Part shown: positions 39,639-53,100 of the stretch, in pieces
Numbering within the stretch: the first letter of the stretch is position 1
Layout: each line of letters opens with the position of its first letter
Origin: Camelus dromedarius
Lineage: Eukaryota
Direction: 5' to 3'
DNA length: 64,000 nt
Assembly (NCBI RefSeq): GCF_036321535.1
Contig: NC_087436.1
Span: 83,578,001-83,642,000 of the forward strand
The notes under the pieces: model-generated
Seen by the model: the letters and a program-made list of their open reading frames with translations, nothing else
Told to the model about the DNA's origin: nothing
Databases searched by the model: none
Program-made: the position numbers and the translations under genes

Positions 39639-42277
39639 ATTCTGTTGGTCTACGGATTCAGCCATCCAGTATCTGACCTATTCTTCCAGCTTTATTTCAC
39701 TTGCAGAAGTGCTAAGTATGCACTCGAGCAAGTCAATGATTAAAATACTGCAAATGACACAGACAAATGACCTTCCCTGACGTGAACAGTAATACATTCC
39801 AACACTCTGATCAAAGTTCTTCACCCAGGTCCAAATAAAACCAAATTTACATTTGTCTGGGCCTCAAACTTTCATTGATCCCACAAAGATACACGAGAAC
39901 GTCACCCACCACTTTGTTTACACAGAAGTGTGTCACTGTATATGTTTAGTACTTTCCGCCTTTCCTCCGGCTCAGTCCTTTTCATGAGCCTTCACTTATT
40001 CTCAGCTCAGATATTTCATGTCTCTGTCACTCTAGTGTATTTACCACCTGTTCTGTGCCTATTTCCTCTTTCTGTGTACTTCCTTCTAAAAGCTGAGCTC
40101 ATGAGAATGATACTTTATTTTTTAAGTTGCCGTTCCATTTTTTCCTGTTTTTCAGTATGTTAATGATATCGTTGTGAGCTTCCCAATACCTTTTTAATTC
40201 AGCTTCCTTTGGCTTATATCTAATGTTTCTATTATCTTAGGAATCAAAAAAAAAAAAAACCTAAAAAACAAAACTGCTTTCTAAACCATATGCAGGTTTA
40301 CATATCTAATAGCGGCAAGCACATTCTTATCATGGACTCCCAAGTGACGCTGGCATAGCCCATTCAACTAATTTCCGTAACTTCCAGTCCATCCTCATTG
40401 GCTATAATTAAGTCTAGAAAATCACACTGCCTTGTTGCATCGTTTACCGTCACAGAGAGAAGACTATCAGCAGGGTCAGTAAGAAATGCATTAAATATTC
40501 TGCTTTAGCAGAATGATGCTTCAGAGTATAGACATGGAGTTTCCAGTTATGGCATTTATCTGCCTCTAGGCCAGATCTGAAACTTGCATTAGCAGGGAGT
40601 CATATTCATCTACCTAAGAGATCTGCATTTGGCTCCCACAGTATTATCGGTTTGTGTATCTTGTACTCACAGGATGTTCTCCACCATGCTTAAACCTAGC
40701 AGCTCAAGGACTTCCAAGCAGGGCACTCTTCCAAAGATCTCAACAGGTGTTATTTCATTTACACAGCATGTGAGCTTCCCTCGGTGTATTCTAGTGATTA
40801 TCTGTTATCTCAGCAAGTTAGTTTTGCCTAGGAGATCATATTTCTCTATTTTAATTCTATTTTAGGTTTACCTTATTATCTTATCAGCCCTAGCTAAAAC
40901 GTATGTGTGTTAAAAAGTGTTTATCAGAGATACGTAGCTGAGACAAAGTCAATCAGTTTTTAATATTTTAAAAAGAGACTGTCTGCAAAGTACTATAGGA
41001 ACCAGAGAAACACATTTAAGGTAGATTTTTTTTTTCTATTTAAAAATTATTTAAATGCTTTGTGGCAAAACTGATACAAGGCTGTTGGTGTTTTTGTTTT
41101 TGTTTTTTTTTTCCTGACATTTTCTCAGCTACCATGTTACCTCAACCTTAGGCCACATTTGACACTCTCCAAAGTAGCTCATTTTATCATTTTATCTGAG
41201 CACTTTTCTTCCCTTCCATCAAATTTCAGTTTAAAGGGCTCTTTATCAGGTTGGCAAGATTCCTGTTAAATGCATTTCTCTCAGAAGTACTCCATCCATT
41301 ACAGGGAGTCTCTCGTATTCACATATAAGCCCTAGTTAAGAAAACCTCATTTTGGTTGGGTCCTACATGATTCCCCTTAACTTTCATTTCTTCAAATTCA
41401 CACCTCAGCTGGAAGAAACAAAAACACGCCTTCAAGGCCCAAACCAAGTGCCTCTGGTTTTTATCACTCATTGCCATATAAGTCAACAAGAACACAGTGT
41501 GGTCTGTAAATATGATAAGTCTCAGGAAACCTCCTGAGGGTACCTCTCATATCAGTTGCATATCAAGATTTACCTCAATATAAATGGGAAATAAATAAGA
41601 TGACCTCCCTCTCGACCCATATCTGAAGGATCTGGTTTGGATGTTCATCCTCTGACTCTCAACGGTAAATCTTTAGAGACCTACACACACTTACCTACTG
41701 TGTAAAAAATATGTTATAAATTATTAGTCAATGTACAAAAAGATTTAGATAGTATATGTTATTGGTTCCTTTACAGGTTTTAAAAATACTCTCCTTTACA
41801 GGTGATAGTTACCAAGGACCACATATATGGGACATACAATCCGAGGTTGAACTTGAAGTGTGCCAGACACAAGAGAGACCACTAGACATGGTCATGCTGT
41901 CTTCAGGAATCTGTAGTCTACTCAGTAAGCTAGCACTCCTGGACACAGACTTAAGCATGTATCCCGGCTGTAACACCAGGCTTCCATAAAAGGTGGTACG
42001 CCCAACTGACCACAGCACTGGGTTCACGTAAGTGCTTTTGAGATGAGTCTACAGCAGCCAAGGAAATATCAATTCACAATCATTCCCCAATCTTAGAATA
42101 TATATCACTTTAACAAACACTTGATACAGAGAGTAGATTTCATAAAAAGAATTCAACAAACAGAACTAATAATCTGAAGTTATATCCACACAGAATTTTT
42201 AAATAAAAATCATTTAAATAAAATATCTTCCATTCAGGATACAGCAATATTGAAAATTAAATACCGAAGTTACTTAC

Positions 42278-42431
42278 TTTTACCATGATAAGCCTCGCCA
42301 GGTTTTCACACCTCTGGTTATCATTTTCCATATACTCTACTTCAAACAGGGTATTATAATTTTCTAGTATTTTAGCCATTATCTTGTTGCAAAGGTCTTG
42401 TTCTTTCATGCCTTCAAGCCCAGGTGGCACA
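42278..42431 (-). CDS. FAM13A: FAM13A internal coding exon (154 nt; C-terminal end of RhoGAP region; probably exon 5 by human numbering)
   Basis: Minus strand reads ...ttccttctttctag|T GTG CCA CCT GGG...ATG GTA AAA|gtaagt. One nt plus 51 codons encode VPPGLEGMKEQDLCNKIMAKILENYNTLFEVEYMENDNQRCENLARLIMVK, which I recognise as near-identical to mammalian FAM13A. Canonical AG/GT sites. Confidence 0.95.
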
Positions 42432-43328
42432 CTAGAAAGAAGGAAAATATTAAGAGAATTACTTTGTAAAAACAAAATGCCAGCACAGCTGACTTGGGCT
42501 TATACTTTTGACATTTCCTGAATGATCGATCAGTCTTCTTATGAGGACATATGAGATGTCCCATAAGCTCTATACTGACACAGAGAATGCTGCTGGGACA
42601 ATTAGAAAATTCCCAAGATCTGAATAGCTTGTGCTGAATAAGAAAAGTACACTTTGTTCCAGGAAGAAGGTATAGGTTAACATGGGTGCATTAATACTTT
42701 GTATACCTTAGAAACTGCTACATATATATACACATTTATAAAAATTTAAAAGCAAGAAAGAATAAATGTTATGACAAAAAGAATTCGTGTTTTATCAGGA
42801 CAGAAATACTCAGCCACACAAATAATAGCAGCACAGTCTTTATTTAAGGATTTCTTAGATGCTGCATGAAAGGTACAAAACTTAAAGGAAAAGATGAAAA
42901 CCTCTGGGGAAAATGCTGATAATTGTTGAAGCTGAGTGATGTGTACGTGGAAGATTTATTATACTATTCTCTCTTCTTTTGGGTATGTTTAAAATGTTCC
43001 GTAATCTTAAAAAGAGGTATAAAAAGCTTTTGAATGCTGAAGACACCATATATAAGGTAGAGAAACAAGCAACAGACTGGAAGAAGAGAAATATCTCTTC
43101 AGTAACATGGACAACTGACATAGGATTAGTAATCAGACTATCTAAAGAATTCTTACTAATCAATAAGAAAGTGAATAATTTTTTAAAAATGGAAAAGGAA
43201 GACAAATTGAAAAATTCATAGAAGAAAACACCTGGACAGTTAAGAATCTTATGAAAAGATACTTAACCTCACTGAGTAACAGGAAATGCATTTAAAAAGT
43301 AGCACTGAAGTATTAATTAATACTCATC

Positions 43329-43811
43329 AGTATTAGTTTCCTATGGCTGCTGCAACAAAACCATGGCAAACTGGGTGGCTTGAAACAATTATTCCCTCAC
43401 AGTTCTGGAAGTCAGAAGAGTAACACTGGTATCACTGGACAGAAATTCAAGCATGAGCAGGGCCATATGCTCTACAGAGACTCAAGGGGGACAATCTGGC
43501 TGGCAGCATTCCTTGCTGTGGCTACATCACTTTCAACTACAGTCAAGGCCAACATCTTCAAATTTCTCTCTACTCCATCTTCATGTGGCCTTCTCTCTGC
43601 CCATGTCCAAGCTCCCTCCACCCGTTTCTTATGAGGATACATGTGATTGCATTTAGTGCCCACCCAGAGAATCCAGGATAATCCCTTTGTCTGAAGATCT
43701 CTATCTTAATTACAACTGCAAATCCTCTTCTTTTCCCCAAATAAGGTAACATTTCCAGTTTCCAAGGACTATCACCTGATATCTTTGGGGGACATTTCTC
43801 AGCCTACTACA
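43329..43811 (-). mobile_element. MLT1C-like LTR
   Basis: gtattagtttcctatggctgctg...ctcacagttctggaagtcagaag...cttatgaggatacatgtgattgcatttag...cagcctactaca. Confidence 0.8.
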
Positions 43812-43816
43812 CCATC

Positions 43817-46435
43817 TTTGGGGTACATACCCTAAGGTGACTCCCAATGACTCACACTCTTGTACTCCCTTCGGGTGTACGCAGAAACTGTGACTTGTGT
43901 CTGATCAAGAGAATATGGGAAAGGTTCTGTGATGCCGCTCCCATGACTATGTTACATTGTGTAAGACTCGATCTTAGCAGACTGGAGTGAGGATTCTGCT
44001 GCTAGCCTTAAAGAAATAAGCTGCCTCAGTCAGAGAGGGCCTGTGAGAGAGCCACATGGCAGGGGACTGATGTGGACCTGCGGCCTCTAGCTCACAGCCA
44101 GTAAGAAGCCAGGGTCCTCATCATGCTGCTGCAATAAGTGAGTCTATCAACAGTTCTAATGAGCTTGAAAGCAGATTCTCTCCCAAACTAGAGCCTCTTT
44201 ATGAAAGCTCAGCTGATAATCTGATTTCAGCTTTGTGAAACTAAAAGCAGGGGACCCAGCTAAGTTGTGCCTGGACATCTAAGCTACGGAAAGTGTGAGA
44301 CAGCAAATTTTTATTGTTTTAAGCAACTAAATTTGTGGTGATCTGTTACACAACAATCAAAAACTAATACTGAGTTTGGTACTTGGAAGTGGGTTGCTGC
44401 TGTAACAGGTATCTAAAATGGGGGAGTGGCTTTGGAACTGGATGGTGAGAGGAGACTGGAAGAATCTGGGTAGCATGACAGAGAAAGCCTAAAATGCCTT
44501 CAGCAGATTATTAGGAGAAATCTGGACTTTTAAGGACACTGCTGGTGAGAGTTTAGAATTGTCAGCCAGACTTTAGTAAGAAAGCGATAGGGTCAAAGGA
44601 GAGTATGTTACATCTTACAGAAGTAAAATAACAGGCAATGAGGGAAGCTGTAAGGCATGCTGGACAAACTCAGGCTGAGCCCCAGAGCGTGAATTTCAAA
44701 ACCCTTTCATGTTCCCTGTACTGATGACTGGGGGAAAGATGAATTATGGCCTCCTAGGTCTTCATGTGGAAATAAACAATAGGTCTCAGTAAATAATGAT
44801 TTTAAATAGAATAAAGAATGCAGGAACAAATGACTGTCATCAGGCAGTAGAAGTAACCACAGCAAAGACAATAAATCAGTCATAAGACTCCCAGTTGGGT
44901 TTCAAAGGTAAAAATCAGCCTGAAGCACGTTCCTGAGCTGTTCTGCAGGATCCAAATCCCCTTAAGCAATCAGCCACCAGATTAACTGGAGTCTAAGGAA
45001 TGATGATGCTGACCCTTGCTGGCTCTCATGACTTCACTCAACTAGGTGCCTGGATTTTATCAACCTAGAGTGACCTCTGCCTTATTTTAATGCTAAAATC
45101 TCTACTCCAAGGGTGCATTCTGCCACCATTTTTGAACAAGCAACTTATGTTTGAGTATGTTGACGACTGTGTAAGCGCATCTACAACTCCACCTCTCCAT
45201 GGAGGATCACACTCACCCTTTTATGAACATGCATGCACCCCATAGCTTAAAACTTTCCTGATCTTGCTGTTCAGGGAGACAGTGTTTTGAGAGCTATCTC
45301 CCCGTCTCCTTACTTGTCACAAGTAATAAATGTTTCTGCTTTAATCAAAAGTACTTGGTCTGTTCATTCGCTAAGCACCTCAAGTGATGGACCCATTGCC
45401 TCCAGTAACAGAAGAAAACAAGAAACACGTTATTGAAAACCGGAGGAAGGGAGATCCTTGCTTTGTTGGCAAGTTTAGTGAAATTGTATCATGCAGTTAC
45501 GTGGGAAACAGCATTTGTAAGCAACAAGTTGTATAAACAGTCTAAGAAATTTCCAAGCAATGTTTTGAAAGCACCACCTGGTTTCTCCTTGCCACTTATA
45601 GTAACATAGAACTTGATTTTAAAGTTGACTCTACAGATGGCAAAGGACACTGAAACTAACAGATTCACCACCGGGAAAGCCACCTTGACAGAAAAGGTTG
45701 AGACTGTGACCATATAACCTTATGCTAAAGCCTCAGTAAGTTCAAAAGTCCAGATTATTGTTAGAAAAATTTCAGATGATTAAGGGTATATCTCACAGAC
45801 CCTTTCAATCAAACCAGAGGGCCTCTAGGAATTTAAAGGCATTGCCCCTCAGTCATCTTAGCATGCACTTGAAATACAGAAAGGATCATTTTGGAAAGAT
45901 CTGTGAATATGTCTTTTTTCTAATGGAGTGAATCCCAGTGAAATCCACCGTAAACTTCTGTTTTTGAGAAACTTATTTCAGCAGAAACACTGCCAAGTTG
46001 GAATGAAAGGGACAGATAGGGTACAAAATGAAAGGAGGCTGCTAGATTTCCAAAATTCTATTGGCAGGAGTCAGGCTGATAAAATTACTAAGCTGCAAAC
46101 ATTTTATCAACCTAGAGTGACCTCTGCCTTATTTTAATGCAAACATGTGCTGACTTTCATCAAAAATGAAGGATGACTCAGAGGGCAGAGCCAAGAACCA
46201 GGAGGGTGAAGTTGAAAACCATGGAGCAGTATTCCCAGATCTTGAAACCTAGTCAATAGATTCCCAGAATTTGCTGGGCTGGATATCAGAAATATCATAA
46301 GCCAGTGAATTTTTAAAACAATCTTTCATTTCCTCCTGTTTGAACTAGAACATCTAGAGCTGTTATCCTATGCTTGTTCCATCATTATATGTTAGGTGTG
46401 TTGGGGCAAATAACTTCTCTCTTTAGTTTCATCCT
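43817..46435 (+). mobile_element. MLT1E-like LTR (~43817-44371) followed by MaLR internal sequence
   Basis: LTR end ttgttttaagcaactaaatttgtggtgatctgttacacaacaatcaaaaactaatac runs straight into the MaLR-int start tttggtacttggaagtgggttgctgctgtaaca. Confidence 0.75.
44560..45410 (+). mobile_element. Solo ERV (ERV1-like) LTR, 851 nt, nested in MaLR-int
   Basis: TG...CA termini, 4-nt TSD-like gaat/gaag, aataaa at ~45325. Host MaLR-int reads continuously when it is removed. Confidence 0.65.
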
Positions 46436-47332
46436 TTGAGGATACCTTTTTCAACCAGAAAGTCACAACCAGTTTTGAGATGTGTTTATTGCAAGTTATC
46501 AGTAGGAAGAAGAAAGAATCAGTGAACATGAAGCTAGTACAATGGAAATTACTGAGTCTGAGGAACAGGAAGAAAAAATATCAAAGAAAAGTAAATAGAG
46601 CCTAATGGACTTATGAAACACCAGCAAGTGAAGCAACATACGTATTGTGGAAGTTTTAGGAAAAAAGAGAGAGGCGCAGACAGCATATTTGAAGAAATCA
46701 TGGCTGAAAACTTCAAGATGTAAGATTTGAGTATAAATATTCAAGAAGCTCAAAGGGCTCAAAGACCCACCCTGAGACATACTACAAACTTTCAAAAGAC
46801 AAAGAGAGAATCTCGAGAGCAGCAAGAGAGAAGTGAATCATATACAAAGAATCCTCAATCAGATTATCAACAGATTTCTTACCAAAAACTTTGGGGCAGA
46901 GACTGATATATTCAAAATCCTAAAATAAAGAAACTGTCAACCAATAATCATACATGTGGCAAAAGTGTTCTTCAAAAGTGAAGGAGAAATTAAGATATTC
47001 CCAGATAAGCAAAAGCTGAGGGAGTTAGTGACCAACAGATCTACCCTGTAATAAATGCTCAAGGGGGTCCTGCACAGTGAAATGAAAGGACACTAGACAG
47101 TAAACTGAAGCTGTATGGAGAAATCAATATTTCAAAAAAGGTAAATACATGGGCAATTATAAAAGCTTGTGTTACTGTAACAATGGTCAGTAACTGCACT
47201 GTTTTCTACATAATTTAAGAGACTACTATACTTAAAGTTCAAAAAACTTATTACTGTAAAAGCTAGTAATACTGTAACTTTGGCTTGTCACTCCAAATCT
47301 AAGAGACTAGTGATTTAAAAGAATTATTAGTT

Positions 47333-48846
47333 ACCCTGATATCATAACCAGACAAGAACACTAAAAGATAAGAAAATCACAGGCCAATATTCCTAATGAA
47401 CAAAGACACAAAATCCTCAACAAAATATTAGCGAGCTGAATTCAATAATACATTAAAAGGACCACACACTATGATCAAGTGGGATTTATTCCAAGGATGC
47501 AAAGATGGTTCAACACTTGCAAATCAATATGATAATCACATTAACAAATTGAAAAGACAAGAATTATATGATCATTTCAATAGCTACAGAAAAAGCATCT
47601 AAGTTCAACATTCATTTATGATTAAAAACTTGCAACAAAGTAGGTGTAGAGGGAATGTACCTCAATATAAGAAAGACTATGGGTGATAAGCTCACAGCTA
47701 ACAACATATTCAATGGTGCAAAGCTGAAAGATTTTCCTCTAATATCAGAAACAAAACAAGGATGTCTACTTTCACCATGTTTATTCAGCACAGTATTGGA
47801 ACCCATAGCCAGAGCAATTAGGCAAGAAAAAGGATTAAAATACATTCAGAGTGGAGAGGAAAAAATTAAAATGTCACTCTTTGCAGATGACATAATATTA
47901 TATATATATAAAACCCCAAGGGCTTCACCAAAACATTATTAGAACTAATCTGTGAATTCAGTAAAGTTGCAGGATAAACAAAAAATACACAAAAATCAGT
48001 TGTGTTTCTATACACTAATAACAAACTATCAGAAAGAGAAATAAAGAAAACAATCCCACTTACAATTATATCAAAAAGAATAAAAGACCTAGGAATAAAT
48101 TTAAACAGGAAATAAAAGACCTATATGCTGAAATCTGTAAGACACTGATGAAAGAAACTGAAGAAAATACAAATAAATGGAAAGATATCCTGTGCTTGTG
48201 GACAGGAAGAACTAATATTGTTACAATATCCATAATACCCAAAGCAATTTATAGGCTCAATAAAATCTCTATCAAAATTCCAAAGACATATTTCACAGAA
48301 ATAGAAAAAAAAATCCTAAAATGTGTATGAAACCACAAAAGACAATGAAATAGCCAAAGCAATCTTGAGAAAGAACAAAGCTGGAGGCGTCACACTTTCT
48401 GATCTCAAACTATATTACAAAGCCACAGTAATCAAAACAATATATTATTGGCATAAAAACAGGCAAACAGATCAATGGAACAGAATTGAGAACACAGAAA
48501 TAAAACCATGCATGTATGGTCAATTTATAACATGGGAGCTAAGAATATACAGTGGAGAAAGAACAGTATCTTCAATAAATGGTGTTGGGAAAAACTGGAC
48601 AGCCACAAGCAAAAGAATAAAATCAGACCACTATCTCACAGGGAATTAAAGACTTGAGTGTAAGATCTGAAACCATAAAACTCATAGAAAAAGACATAGA
48701 AGGCAAGCTTTTTGACATACATCTTGGTGGTTTTCCTTTTTTAATGAGACTATAGTTGATCATTATGTTGTACACTTGAAACTAATATAATGTTATATGT
48801 CAAGTACATTTCAATGATAAAAAGAGAAGTATGTTAAAATATAAAA
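47333..48846 (+). mobile_element. Nested 5'-truncated L1 with internal deletion
   Basis: ORF2 RT fragments (LFADDIILY in ORF 47655-47942). TSD aaaagaattattagtt / aaaggaattactagtt. Confidence 0.8.
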
Positions 48847-49179
48847 AAAGGAATTACTAGTTTATGTCTTGGGGCACACAATGTATTAAAGATATAATTT
48901 TTGACATCAACAACCAAAAGGGGTGGGAATGGAGCTGTAAAGGTGCAGTTTTTGTATGTTACTGATCCTAAAAAACTGACATTTATTAAAGCTGATATTT
49001 ATACAAATTAGAATATTAAAACTCCAGGATAGTAAATATAATTCTCATGGTAATCAAAAAGAAAACAACCATAGAATGTATACAAAAGGAATGAGAAAGG
49101 AACTAAACCTTTCAGTACAAAAAATGAACACAAAAGAAAATACTAATTAGGAAATAAGCTACAAAAAAGCTGTTAAGGC

Positions 49180-49464
49180 TTTCAACTATAAGTACTAGCA
49201 AAGTAATATACAACAACAATAATGATAAATAATTAACACTGCTCTATGTTATATATGAAAATTTTTAACACAATAAATCCTAAGAGTTCTTATCACAAGG
49301 AAAAAGTTCTTTTTCTTTTCTTTTGTATCCATATGAGATGATGGATTAACACTAAACTTATTGCAGTAATCACTTACTTATATAAATAAGTCAAATCATT
49401 ATGATGTAGACCTTAGACTTATACAGTGTTGTGTGTCAATTATACCTCAGTAAAACTGAAAGGA
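49180..49464 (+). mobile_element. Nested short L1 3' end
   Basis: TSD aaaaaagctgttaaggc / aaaaaagctgtaaggc; aatcctaagagttcttatcacaagg. Confidence 0.75.
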
Positions 49465-50137
49465 AAAAAAGCTGTAAGGCATATAGAAAACAGATACTAT
49501 ACTACAGTAACAGAATTGCTTTAAATGTAAATGGACTGAACTCTTTAACAAAAGACAGAGACCTGCAGAATGGATAAAGATACATGATCCAACTATATGC
49601 TGTCTACAAGAAACTTGAGATCCAAAGACACAAACAGGTTAGAAGTAAAAGGATGGAAAAAGATATTCCATGCACATAGTAAGCAAAAGAGTGCAAAGGT
49701 GGTTATTCTAATATCAGACATAATAGACTTTAAGTCAAAAAGGTTACAAGAGATAAGGAAGGTCATTATATATTCATAAAAATTTCAATACAACAAGATA
49801 ACTATTACAAACATTATGCATCTAATGACAGAGCAACAAAATACATAAAGGAAAAATGGACAGAATTGAAGGGAGAAACAGACTGCTCTACAATAGTAAT
49901 TGGAGAGATTTCAATGCCCCACGCAGAACAACAGATAGAACAACCAGACAGAAGATAAATGAGGAAACAGAGGACTCAGAGAACAACAAATCAACTAGAC
50001 CCATCAATATACCCAGAATGTTCTACCCAGTAACAACAGAATATACACTCTTCCCAAGTGTACATGTGACATTTTCCAGGACAAACCATGTGTTAATGCC
50101 ACAAATTAGGTCACAATACATTTAAAAAGACAGACAG

Positions 50138-53100
50138 TGGAAATTGATGGGAATACAATCATTGTCGGAGATTTTAATACCACATTAACATCACTAGACA
50201 GATCTTCCAGACACAAAATAAATGAGGCAACAGAGAAATTAAATGATACAATAGAAAAATTAGAGTTGGTGGATATTTTCAGAGCACTACACCCCCCCAA
50301 AATAGGACATACATTCTTTTCAAGTGCACATGGAACATTTTCTAGGATTGATCATGTACTTGGGCACAAAAGAAGCCTCAACAATTTTAAGGAGATAGAA
50401 ATTATCTCAAGCATCTTTACTGACCACAATGCCATGAAAATGGAAATCAACCACAGAGAAACAAAGGAGAAAAAAAGGAAACAATGGAGATTAAACAACA
50501 TGCTATTAAAAAACCAATAGGTCAAGGATGAAATCAAAGTTGAAATTAAGAAATACCTTGAGACAAATGAAAATGAAAACACAACCACACAAAATTTATG
50601 GGACACAGCAAAGGCAGTGCTAAGAGGGAAGTTTATAGCGATAAAGGCCTTCCTCAAAAAAGAACAATCTCAAATAAACAATCTAACCCACCAGCTAAAA
50701 GAATTAGAAAAAGAAGAGCAAAAAAACCCAAAGTCAGCAGAAGGAAGAAAATAATAAAGACCAGGGAGGAAATAAATAAAATAGAGATTAAAAAGACCAT
50801 AGAAAGAAATCAATCAAACCAAAAGCTGGTTTTTTGAAAGAGTAAATAAAATCGACAAACCTCTGGCCAAACTCACAGAGAAGAAAAAAAGTGAGCACAA
50901 ATAAGCAAAATAAGAAAGGATAATGGAGAAATTACAACAAATAATATAGAAATACAGAGTATCATACAAGACTATTATGAAAAACAATATGGAACCAAAA
51001 TGGATAACCTAGAGGAGACGGACAAGTTTCTGGAAACATACAGTCCACCAAGACTGAATCAAGAAGAAACTGACCACTTGAACAAACTGATCACTAGAAA
51101 TGGAATCAAATTAGCAATAAAAAACCTCCCTACAAATAAAAGTCCAGGACCGGACAGCTTCACTGGGGAATTCTACCAAACATACAAAAAAGAACTCATA
51201 CCAGTCCTTCTCAAACTTTTCCAGAAGATTAAAAAGGACGGAATACTCCCAAACTTACTCTATGAAGCCACCATCACCCTGATACCAAAACCAGGCAAAG
51301 ACACTACCAAAAAAGAGAATTACAGACCAATATCACTGATGAACATAGACACCAAAATCCTCACCAAAATATTAGCAAATAGAATCCAACAGCACATAAA
51401 AAAGATTATACATCATAATCAAGTGGGGTTCATCCCACGGACACAAGGGTGGTTCAACATATGCAAATCAATTAATGTAATACATCACATCAACAAGAGA
51501 AAGGACAAAAATAACATCATCATCTCAATAGATGCAGAAAAAGCATTTGATAAAATTCAACACCCATTTATGATAAAAACTCTCACCAAAGTGGGTATAG
51601 AGAGATCATATCTCAACATAATAAAAGCTATATATTACAAACCTACAGCCAGCATAGTACTCAACGGTGAAAAACTCAAAAGCTTCCCACTAAAATCTGG
51701 GACAAGACAAGGCTGCCCACTATCATCACAACTATCCAATGTAGTCTTGGAAGTCCTAGCCATAGCAATTAGGCAAGAGAGAGAAAAAAAAGGGATCCAA
51801 ATTGGAAAAGAAGAGATAAAAGTGTCACTATATGCAGATGACATGATACTATATATAGAAAACCCTAAAAGCTCCACACAAAAACTACCAGAAATAATTG
51901 AAGAATTCAGCAAGGTAGTAGGTTACAAGATTAACGTTCAAAAATCAGTTGCATTTCTTTACACTAACGATAAATCAACAGAAAAAGAAAGTAAAGAAAC
52001 AATCCCCTTTAAAATAGCACCCAAAGTAATGAAATACCTAGGAGTAAATCTAACCAAGGAAGTGAAAGACATTTACATGGAGAACTACAAAACACTGATT
52101 AAGGAAATTAAAGAAGACTTTAAAAAATGGAAAGATAACCCCTGCCCCTGGATTGAAAGAATCACTACTGTTAAAATGGTCACATTGCCCAAGGCAATCG
52201 ACAGATTTAATGCAATCCCTATCAAATTACCCAGGACATATTTCACAGAACTAGAACAAATCATAATAAAATTTATATGGAACCACAAAAGACCTAAGAG
52301 TGCCAAAACATTACTGAAGAAAAAGAAAGAGGCTGGAGGAATAACTCTCCCAGACTTCAAACAATACTACAGAGCTACAGTAATAAAAACAGCATGGTAC
52401 TGTACAAAAACAGACATATGGACCAATGGAACAGAATAGAGAGCCCAGAAATGAACCCACAAACTTTTGGTCAACTAATCTTCGACAAAGGAGGCAAGAA
52501 CATACAATGGAATAAAGACAGGCTCTTCAGCAAATGGTGTTGGGAAAACTGGACAGCAGCATGTAAACCAATGAAGCTAGAACACGCCCATACACCATAC
52601 ACAAAAATAAACTCAAAATGGATCAAAGACTTAAACATAAGACAAGATACGATAAACCTCCTAGAAGAAGATATAGGCAAAACATTCTCTGACATACATC
52701 TCAAAAATGTTCTCCTAGGGTAGTCTATCCAAGCAATAGAAATAAAAGCAAGAATAAACAAATGCGATCTAATTAAACTTACAAGCTTCTGCATAGCAAA
52801 GGAAACCATAAGCAAAACAAAACGACAACCTACGGAATGGGAGAACATTTTTGCAAATGAAACCGACAAAGGCCTGATCTCCAGAATATATAAGCAGTTC
52901 ATACGACTTAATAAGAAAAAACCAAACAACCCAATCAAAAAATGTGCACAGACCTGAACAAGCAATTCTCCAAGGAAGAAATACAAATGATCAATAGGTA
53001 CATGAAAAATGCTCAATATCAGTAATTATCAGAGAAATGCAAATCAAAACTACGATGAGGTATCACCTCACAGCAGTCAGAATGGCCAGCATTCAAAAGT

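Noticed and set aside
39452..39780. ORFs with VC/HT dipeptide repeats
   Set aside because: They are translations of the (AC)n microsatellite.
41697..42048. Minus-strand cryptic FAM13A exon (ctgtag acceptor, tag|gtaagt donor)
   Set aside because: Weak pyrimidine tract, no FAM13A-like peptide, and no independent support.
51000..52439. 479-aa reverse transcriptase ORF as a domesticated or new RT gene
   Set aside because: It is a piece of L1 ORF2 in a 5'-truncated copy with TSDs, stops and frameshifts on both sides.
52471..53016. 181-aa antisense ORF, and the similar 192-aa ORF at 56902-57480
   Set aside because: These are the usual stop-poor antisense frames of L1 ORF2.
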